Below are positions 48,320 through 64,000 of a stretch of DNA of 64,000 nt, one piece after another (the first letter of the stretch is position 1; every line of letters starts with the position of its first letter). Origin of the DNA: Zootoca vivipara. Taxonomy: Eukaryota. The position numbers were made by a program, and so were the translations under genes. Where the stretch lies: assembly GCF_963506605.1 (NCBI RefSeq), contig NC_083281.1, forward strand, positions 37,572,001 through 37,636,000. The letters are read 5' to 3'. Under the pieces are notes generated by a model. The model saw only the letters and a program-made list of their open reading frames with translations, did no database searches and had not been told where the DNA came from.

Positions 48320-50870
48320 GTAACGGGGAGGTTGCATCTTGAGTGACACTGTCTAAATAGGGTGCCCAAGCAGGGGTCTTCCTCATGCCTGAAATCCATG
48401 TTGGGGAACTCCAATTCCTATTATCCCCAGCCATCATGGACAATGGTTTGGGGAGCTGTATTCCAGCAACATCTGAAGAGGCCAGCAGTTTCCCAGCCCT
48501 GGATATACTGGGGGTCACCTGCCAGAGGCACAAGTAGGCAGAACAACAAATGTGAATTTTACCAACTGTAGACTAGTTTCTGTACTCCCAGCCCTCTCTA
48601 TCCCCCGTCTAGGCAAGCAAGAGGCATTGTCAAAACTCAAATACACATTCCAGCCAGTGGGGAAAAAAATCAAAGACTGTATGAAGGGCAGGTGAGAGGT
48701 GTGGCCTGGGGAGAGTCCCACGGGCCAAGTAGAGAGACCTAGTGGGTTGTATGTGGCCCCTGGGGCTGAGGTTCCCCACACCTGATGTATAAACTGCCTC
48801 ACAGGGCAGAGAAAAAGAACCTCAATTTAAAAATAGCATCACAAAATAAAAATCACATATAGGTAGGTAGGTAGACAGATACAGTACTGTAGATCTGAAT
48901 ATCAGTATCGATCTCTAAATGCTTGTGTAAAAAGCCGTATTTTAAGTTGGCTTCTTAAGGACAGTCCTGTAGATGTCTTACATATTATAAGAGGGAAGGC
49001 ATTCTAAAGTTGGGGGAGGGGGGTCACCACCGAAAAGGTCCTTTTCAGGGCAAACAGCTAGCAAGGCTTGAAGGGTTTTGGGGTGGTGAGGTGGACTGAG
49101 GTGTATGGAGGAAAAGGCTATCCCTGGCTGCTAGTGCTGCATGCTGCCTCCACTGTTGGAGGGAAGATGCCTCTGAAGACCAGTTTCTGGGAATCACAAG
49201 TGGGGAGAGTTGCTGGTGCACTCAGGTCCTGCTTACACTTTCTCCATAGGCATCTGGTTGGCCACTGAGAACAGGCTGCTGAACTAGATGGGCATTTGGG
49301 CTGATTCAGCAGCCAGGCTCTTCTCATATTATGTTCCTTTGGACAGAGGAAAGTACTTATTTCTAACCCTGATTTTTATTGAGGACAGAAGCCTAAGGCA
49401 TGTCACAAAAAATTATTTCATGGGCGAGAGAGACATTTTAATAGACATCCGTTTGAGCCAAAAAATCAAGGGGCACAACAGGCAGAGGAACTTTAGATGT
49501 GTTTTGAGGCAGTATGTTTTTCCCCCAGGGGCACCTAGAAAAAAGGGAATGTTCTCCATGACTCTGGGCTTAGTGGACTTATGGCCCTGCTGCACTTATT
49601 TACAGTCATACCTCGGTTTAAGTACGCCTCGGTTTGAGTATTTTCAGTTTAAGTACTCCGTGGACCCGTCTGGAACGGATTAATCCACTTTCCATTACTT
49701 TCAATGGGAAAGTTCGCTTCAGGTTAAGTACGCTTCAGGTTAAGTACAGACTTCCGGAACCAATTGTGTTTGTAAACCGAGATACCACTGTATTTAGAAA
49801 ATGTATAACCTGTGACCCCTTAAGTAAACAGCCCTCAAGTTTGCTAGGGGCCCCATCTGAGGAGTGGGACCCCAAACTGTTACTTGAGGCCTCACTAGGC
49901 AAACTCAGACCCCCTGCTTCAACCACACATAAGAAGCCAACACAGCAACACCTGTGGAGCCTGCTGGATAAGCCCAGTGGTCCATTAAGTACAGCGTCCT
50001 CTTCTCACAGTGGCCAAGCAGATGCCTGTGGGAAACCCACAAGCAGGCCCCAAGCACAGCTTCCAACTATGGAGGCAGAGCAGAGCATAGCCATCACACT
50101 CAATGGCGACAATGACAAACTCTCTTCCCCTCTGCAGGTATGATCCCCGTTTCGGCACCTGGCTGCACTTGGCCAGCATGTCACACAGAAGAACTCACTT
50201 CAGCCTCAGTGCCTTCAATGGGAACCTCTATGCCATCGGGGGACGTAATGCCAAGGGGACCCTAGTCTCTCTTGAATGCTACATCCCTTCAGCCAACACC
50301 TGGCAAGCCAAAGCAAACATGGACTTGCCCCGCTGCTGCCATGCCAGCGTGGTCATCGATGGCAAGATCCTGGTGACGGGCGGCTACGTCAACAACGCCT
50401 ACTCCCGTACCGTTTGCAGCTATGACCCCGCCACAGATTCATGGCGAGATGGTGCATGGCTGAGCAGCCCCCGAGGCTGGCACTGCGCTGCCACCTTAGT
50501 AGATCGTGCCTACGTCCTGGGCGGCAGCCAGTTGGGTCCCAGGGGGGAGAGGGTGGACGTCATCCCTGTGGAGTGCTACAACCCTTCCACGAACCAGTGG
50601 AGCTACATGGCCCCCCTGCCCACCGGCTTGAGCATGGCGGGGGTGGCCACCCTCGGTGGGCAAATCTTGCTTGTCGGTGGTTGGAATGAGAGTGGGAAAA
50701 AGTATCAGAAGAGCATCCACGCCTACAATCCGGACCTGAACGAATGGACAGAGGAAGGAGAACTTTCTGAAGGTACCGTGGGGGTCTCCTGCTGCACCAT
50801 TGCCCTTCCGCACTCAAGCACCAGGGGCTCCAGAGCCAGCTCAGCTGCTTCAGCAACAGTCAGCATTTAA
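47130..50870 (+). CDS. Kelch-like protein 31-like (BTB-BACK-Kelch, CUL3 adaptor family), spliced gene span, 640 aa
   Basis: Exons 47130-48319 and 50138-50870 sum to 1923 nt; MAPKKK... start, BTB ([28 protein letters not shown]), BACK, Kelch repeats, C-terminal ...[13 protein letters not shown]. Colinear with human KLHL31 as recalled, but in a different syntenic block, so treated as a paralog. Confidence 0.93.
49603..49790. mobile_element. Tc1/mariner MITE (same family as 6366-6686)
   Basis: TA|CAGTCATACCTCGGTTTA...TAAACCGAGATACCACTG|TA. Confidence 0.85.
50138..50870 (+). CDS. KLHL31-like coding exon 2 (Kelch repeats)
   Basis: cccctctgcag|GTATGATCCC; [14 protein letters not shown]...GWHCAATL...VSI*; TAA 50868-50870. 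Confidence 0.93.
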
Positions 50871-52810
50871 GGGTGAGAGGATGGTTGTATGGAATGGAGG
50901 AAAGAGTCAGAACTGCCCTCAGCTGGCACGATCAGGGGGTTCACAAGAACGTTGAAATACTTCTTTAAAAATCTCATTAAAAATCTCTTTTGCCAGCTTC
51001 CAGGAGATAAATATTCTACCTGTAGAGCAGGTGTGGGCAGCTCTTGGTCCTCTATATGTTGCAGAAATACAAACCTCATCATCCCTGGCCACTGGCCATG
51101 CTCGCTGAGGCTGATGGGAATTGTAGTTCAGCAACACTTCCAAGGCCAAAGGTCCTCCAAACTTGCTTTAGACAATTAGCAGTGTCTTACTGCAACATGG
51201 GAGGCTAACCTGCAGCCTTCTAGATGTTATTGGACAACCCCCACCCTTGACTATTGGGGTTAATGGCATGCAAGTGCATCTGGAGGGCCACAAATTAGTT
51301 ACCCATGCACTACAGCTTCCCTCACAGAAAAATAAGTAACAGGGCTGAATACAGCATCTCCTTCCCATGGTTTTACTTTAACAACACTTTTAAAGCACAA
51401 TTTCTGGTCCCTCAAGCGAAACCGGAAGATGTCATTTGAGCTGAAATATATCGCGCCCCCCCCCCCAGCCTTCAGCTTCTACCCCCAAATATCACCACCA
51501 GTTTTTTAAAAGAAAGGTGTGACCCTTAAGGCCTACCTTGAATGAACTGCGTCACTGAGATATAGGATTCCCCAGGTCTAAATTAAAAATCTGAAGAACA
51601 CTTTACAAATTTGTGTTGTGTCGTCTCTGGTGTGGAGGAACTTTGAAATGGCATCCAGTGTGTTCTGTCAACCAATGACTCTCTTGAAATGAAGTTTTCA
51701 AGGAAGGGATTTAGGCTGCAAATCCTGCACACTCATACCTGGCTTCAACACTGCCCATTCAGGCCCTTGCAGTTTTATAGCCTCCCCATCCCCGGAGTAC
51801 CACCCGTAAGAACAAAAGGGTTTCTCATCAAACCTTTTACATTAATAATTTCTCTTTCACACCATGCCTCAAGGAAGTACGTTGCTAGGGGACAAAATAA
51901 TTATGAGAGGCAAATGAAGCTTAGTTAATTGCAGGGTGGTTGACAGCACTTTTCCCCACCACCCTGGGCAAGGAGGGCACGTGTGCTTGGAAGTGTTTGT
52001 ACTGAGCTGAATCAAACTCAGGGGATTGTACAATTGTGGTGACAGCGGTTATCCATTACCAATGAAGGCACAATATTTTCCTGTTTTCACACAGGCCTGC
52101 CTCATGTTTTATACCAGGTCCATCTAACCCAATAGTATCTACTAAGTAAGGATGCAACAACAGGAAATTTGTGGATTTCTTTTAAAAATTTCTACAGGTA
52201 GCAGTGAAAACTGGAAGGAAAACATCCCTCCCCTTGGCAGTCCGGGCCGGCTCTAGGGGTAGGCTGGGTGGCACGGGGCTGGCAGGGGGGTGCCATGCTG
52301 CGCGCTGCGCCTGCCCACCAGGGCGGGGGCGCCAGAGCGATCTCCGCACCACGGCGCCAGACATGCTTGAGATGGCCCTGTTGGCAGTCCTTATCTGGAT
52401 CACCTCCCATTGCTACTTGGCAGTTTAAATAGGTGGAAATCCCTGCACTGTGTAATTTTGATGCCAACATTTGTCCTGCAAAATCTCTGATAGGTCTTTC
52501 CAGAATTGTTTCCCTATGATGCATTTAGTTGGAGAGTTCTACACTCAACCTCAGCCTTCTGTGTCCATAGTTAGGTACTCTGCCACTCAGCTACAGCCCC
52601 TTCAATTACCTAAAAAAATAAACCTGACATAGCAGCTCACTTTTGCCTGTCCCCACCTTGACCAATAGAGGTGGTATGTTCAGCTCCCTGTTATCACTGC
52701 ACACAAGTATCACTGTAGCAAGCCTTCAGCTGTCTCCACTAAGTGCACATACAGCATGCTGAAAGCAATCCTCCATGGGCCCTTCCTCTCATCTACCCAT
52801 TTGGCTCCTA

Positions 52811-53088
52811 AAAGGTAAAGGGACCCCTGACCATTAGGTCCAGTCGTGACCGACTCTGGGGTTGCGGCACTCATCTTGCATTATTGGCTGAGGGAGCCAG
52901 CATACAGCTTCCAGGTTATGTGGCCAGCATGACAAAGCCGCTTCTGGCGAACCAGAGCAGCACACGGAAACACTGTTTACCTTCCCACTGTAGACCTATT
53001 TATCTACTTGCACTTTGACGTGCTTTCAAACTGCTAGGTTGGCAGGAGCTAGGCTCTGTGGTTTAACCCACAGCACCACCTGCGTCCC
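52811..53088 (-). mobile_element. Sauria SINE with internal deletion of the B-box region
   Basis: Homologous to 5895-6245 but lacks ~65 bp containing GGTTCGAATCCC; TSD ATTTGGCTCCTA at 52799-52810 and 53089-53100. Confidence 0.88.
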
Positions 53089-54218
53089 ATTTGGCTCCTA
53101 GATTAGAGCAATTATTTCTATTAGAACGGCTTTGGGCTAGCTCCATTTGGGGAGAGGAAAGCCACTCATTTTGTGTGTGTCTTTGGATGGCACAACTTGT
53201 GAAGACTCAGAATATATTTCTCCTTCATGCTATCACCTGTGCTATATGCTTTTCAAGGAGCGCTACTAATTTGATCTCAGGAAACGTCTGGCTGGCTGTC
53301 CCAGCCAAGAAAGCCAATGGAGTTTTTACAACCCACCCAAAACTAAAAGAAACACCCACAATACTCCAGCTGTCTATCAAATATTGAATACAGATTAGAA
53401 CTGGAGAAAGAGGATTAGTAATAGAATATGCTAAAAGGCAGTCTGAGCAAAGACTCTGCTCCACTCCACAAAGAGAATACGAATTGAATTTCTTACAGAA
53501 TTCCATTTGTTACTAATGTCAAACAGAGCACGATCTGAAGGCATGTGGTGCAGCAGCAACGTTGAAGCTAACTAGGTCTACTGTCAGTGCTTGGACGCAA
53601 GAGGATGGGAGCCCTCTATATGCCACTTTGGTTCCTTAGAAGAAAAAGGTTAAGATAAAATTGGTGGCTGGATGTCAAAATAATGTGGAGCATTTTCCTA
53701 GTACAGGAAAGGAATTATCACCCATACTGTTATCTAAGGAGGTACAAGATCTTCCAAAGCAGAGTAAGGACATGTAATGTTAGCAATGAGACAGCGGCTA
53801 CTGGGATCACCTGTGTCTTTGATGGCCAGTGGCATAGGCTGGGGAAACTAGGCTCTCCATGGCCAAGCCAACCACAGGCTACACCTCCAAGCTATTTTTG
53901 TAAGAGCGAAAGAGAAAGCAGAAACAGAAATATTGCCACTTTCACCCCACCCTCTGTACTTGTGGAGCGTCTCTGTCCTGTTTCCTATCTACCTCCACCC
54001 TGCCAAATGATAGGCTTCAGGAACCATTTGAAATCATGTTGTATGTCTACTGTTGCTTGACACAGTCCTCCTCCTATAGCAGCTTTTGCCATGCCTCCGG
54101 ATTAGGCAGACAATAGCTGCTGAGACACAACATGGAAAGGACAAACATACTGATCCAGATATAGTGGCTCAGCAAAGGATGAATGACCACAAAATACACA
54201 AGTTAAATGGTGGAAAAA

Positions 54219-54224
54219 TTTATT
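54219..54224 (-). terminator. RPL11 polyadenylation signal (AATAAA)
   Basis: TTTATT on + about 24 nt after the stop; a short 3' UTR is typical of ribosomal protein mRNAs. Confidence 0.8.
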
Positions 54225-54247
54225 GACTTTTTTATACTGGAAACTTT

Positions 54248-61291
<7,044 letters not shown>

Positions 61292-61340
61292 CTTGGAGGC
61301 GTGGAAGAGATCGCGATAGCCCCGGAACGGGATCTTAAAC
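61292..61340 (-). promoter_or_regulatory. RPL11 TCT/5'-TOP initiator
   Basis: Minus-strand ATCTCTTCCAC (CTCTTCC at 61309-61303) shortly before the ATG; YY1 motif overlaps the start codon. Confidence 0.75.
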
Positions 61341-61403
61341 GCCTAAACTGCGCTGGACTGCCACAGAGAAGGGGAGCTAGAAGGCTTGCTTGAAGGGGAC
61401 GTT

Positions 61404-61418
61404 GCTGCCCTCTGGAGG
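61404..61418 (-). promoter_or_regulatory. CTCF-like motif upstream of RPL11
   Basis: Minus-strand CCTCCAGAGGGCAGC fits the CCASYAGRKGGCRS core with one mismatch. Confidence 0.5.
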
Positions 61419-63253
61419 CTGGAGGGTGGAACGGCACGCGATCCCCATCAAGGGATAACGACGCTGTGTTAATCTGCCGCTAGACTAGGGCGGTCGCTTA
61501 CAGATCGCCCCCCCCCCCAAATGACACGGATTTGCATGAAAATTGTATCTGCTGTTTTATATGTGCAGATGCAAACCTATTTGAATAAGATTTGCTTTCA
61601 GTACTTTATATGTGCAGGTGGAAATTTAGACATCATTACTATACTTTCAATAGAAATGTGATACATCTCACTGCAGAAGAGAAGACTGTCATAGAATCAT
61701 AGAATTGTAGAGTTGGAAGGAACCCCAAGGGTCATCTAGTCCAACCCCCTGCCATGCAGGAATCTCAACAACCAGGCAACCATTGTATCTGCTCAGTATG
61801 CTGTCGAGGTGCTGCTACGGTAGCTGTGGATGGGCAACTTCCAGGCCCCTCCAGCTCTCCCTTGTTAGGGTTATTTATTGTTAAACTGAACAATTTAATT
61901 ATCCTTAGGACTGAACAGCCTTTCAACCTGAGAAGTCCTTTAAACAGAAGACTGTCCTCTGTAAAGTCCAACATGTGACTACCCTACACAAAACTGTGGT
62001 TTTTGGCTGTAATAGAGTAAGGATTGTTTTCAACAAAAGCCACATTCACTCCATACATTAAAAGCAGTATCATACCACTTTAAACAAACATGGATTCCCG
62101 CAAAGAATTCTGGGAGCTGTAGGTTGTTACTAATGCTGAGAGTTGTTGGGAGACCTCTAGTCCCCTCCTAGAGCTACAATTTTCATAGTGATTTAAAAAC
62201 GCTGTTTCACAGGAAACTCTGAGAAGCCAATTAAGAGGATGCAGTATTGGAGTACTAAGCAGGTGTCTTGTCAGCAGTCTAGCTGCAGTATCCTCTGATT
62301 TAATAGACATTCTCCCCCTCTCGAGGAATTTTAGCTGTGCAATGAGGGAATAGACTAAGACCAAAGAGACTTGGGTTCAAATCTCCACTCCACTGTGAAG
62401 CTTCCTGGATGTGCTTGTGCCACATAAAAAGGTAATAAATAAGACAAACACATAAATAAACTTTAGGAAATCTATTTATTATATTTTTCTCTGGTTTTTA
62501 AATAAACAAAGTCCATCCACCAGAACACCAACACAGCTCACCAATAAACAAAACAATGAGGGAAATGAAACACAAACTATTTTCATCCCAGACCAAACTA
62601 GGCAATCCATTTCTAGCTGAAGTAATACCCAGGCAAGCAAAAGGTGGGGATACTGTGCCAGCCTTCCTTCCCCAACCTGATGCCCTCTAGATGTTTTAGA
62701 CTATAACTCCCATCAGCCCTGGCAAGCATGATCCTGAGGCTGATGCAAACATGCCTGTGTTGCCTGGGACTAATGGGATTGTGTTGCCGTCCAAACATCT
62801 GGAGGGCACCAGATTGGGAAAGGCTGAATGCCAAAGCAGTACATTATCAAATCCTGTATATTGTGACTGAGAAGACCAAGCAACTTGGAGCCACAGATGT
62901 AGCTTTAACTAGGTGTTATGGGCATAAATACACAGGGAAATTAATTTTCAGGACAGAGCACCAACCCACAAATCAACATTTTTGGAGAAGCAATTTCCCA
63001 ATTAAACAGAATACAAAAGGGGTAATGCTCAAAAGGGGTAATGGAATTGGCCTGTTTTATATTAGGAATAAGGCCATCTATCTACATTCCTCTGGTATAT
63101 TATTTCACCATATACTCACATATTTTGTCTTCCTCATATGGTCAAATCATCAAGGGATAAATGTGTAACAGGAATATTGAGGATCATTGCATGTGCTACC
63201 ACTGTTACCATATAATCTATATCTCTGATGAAAGTCAGGAGTGCTTGAGATGC

Positions 63254-63281
63254 TAATAATAATAATAATAATAATAATAAT
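63254..63281. repeat. (AAT)n microsatellite
   Basis: About 9 units, direct reading. Confidence 0.9.
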
Positions 63282-63610
63282 CCTTCCATGGGAAAAATGT
63301 GCAAGAGAAAGATCCCCACAGATTTTGCAAGAAGTACCAAGAGGAGGAGCTGACAATCATCTGCTATCCTGCTCACAGATCTCTTGTCTTACCTAAACTC
63401 CATGTGGATTTTCCAGCCCAGTGACACATCTTCCCACACAAATTCCATCCTGTAAAACACTGCCTCTAAAGCACTGCTGTGGATTACATCAAAATGTTGC
63501 TAGGTAGGTCAGGATGAGATGGCTATGATTGGCCATTAACAAAGATATTCTAAAACACATTTTCTCTCAGTTCAGAAAACCAAACAGTGGAAGCTGATAA
63601 CCCTACATTT

Positions 63611-64000
63611 TTAAGTTGCAGTTTGTGGGAGAACAACTGACACTAAAACTATCAGGCCAAAGGTAATCATGAGAGGCCAAGTCATATCAGGATTTACAAT
63701 CTGGGCAGAACAGCGTCTCTTGCGGGACACAGTGAACGACTTCATCGTTCCTTCCTTCTCCTTCAGCTGCACCCATAAGAATTTCAGCTTTGTGGGTGGG
63801 AAGAACTTTGCCCCAAACAGGTTGCATTTGGGTAGGAAGAAGTGGGTCAGGTGAGCAGTGGCCACCTTGTGGATGAAATTGGCCAAGACCCTCTCGAAAC
63901 ACTGAGGAACTTCAGAAGGCTTCCAGTCTTTATTGGCCTTCCACTCCCACAGGGTGTGCAGGAAGGACGTCCGACTGTGGTAGGAACTCAGATGAGCCAA
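63611..64000 (-). CDS. cGAS/Mab-21-family nucleotidyltransferase-like protein, C-terminal part (5' truncated by window), with hydrophobic C-terminal tail
   Basis: Frame open from the window edge: LSSYHSRTSFLH...W...CF...F...T..L..FFLP..NLF...FL..Q has the same spacing as human cGAS SSYHVKTAFFH...W...CF...F...T..L..YFIP..NLF...FL..Q; TAA at 63613-63611. Confidence 0.8.
   Translation of the reverse strand: MAHLSSYHSRTSFLHTLWEWKANKDWKPSEVPQCFERVLANFIHKVATAHLTHFFLPKCNLFGAKFFPPTKLKFLWVQLKEKEGTMKSFTVSRKRRCSAQIVNPDMTWPLMITFGLIVLVSVVLPQTAT

Noticed and set aside
49634-50143. 169-aa ORF in the KLHL31-like intron
   Set aside because: Runs through a MITE and a CR1-type tail and stops just after the acceptor in the wrong frame.
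63998-64000. Start codon of the cGAS-like ORF
   Set aside because: The 'M' is a TTG at the window edge; the frame is truncated and continues upstream.

Overview
Vertebrate genomic DNA from a squamate, very probably a lacertid lizard (Sauria/Squam1 SINEs, Squam3-type SINEs, BovB, CR1, L2, many hAT and Tc1/mariner MITEs). I assembled four complete spliced genes by hand, all with GT-AG introns and consistent phases: PITHD1 (-, 6 coding exons, 211 aa), ELOA/Elongin A (-, 11 coding exons, 779 aa), a KLHL31-like BTB-BACK-Kelch gene (+, 2 coding exons, 640 aa) and RPL11 (-, 6 coding exons, 179 aa). The left edge is a CpG-island promoter and first exon, which should be LYPLA2 by synteny. The order RPL11-ELOA-PITHD1-(LYPLA2) matches human 1p36.11, but two genes here are not known to me from the human locus. 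One is the KLHL31 paralog between RPL11 and ELOA. The other, cut by the right edge, is the 3' end of a cGAS/Mab-21-family gene. It aligns without gaps to the human cGAS C-terminal lobe (as recalled) and then carries an extra basic-plus-hydrophobic tail resembling a membrane tail anchor. That candidate tail-anchored cGAS paralog is the most interesting item in the window. Comparisons to human proteins and repeat consensus sequences are from memory, not from searches.
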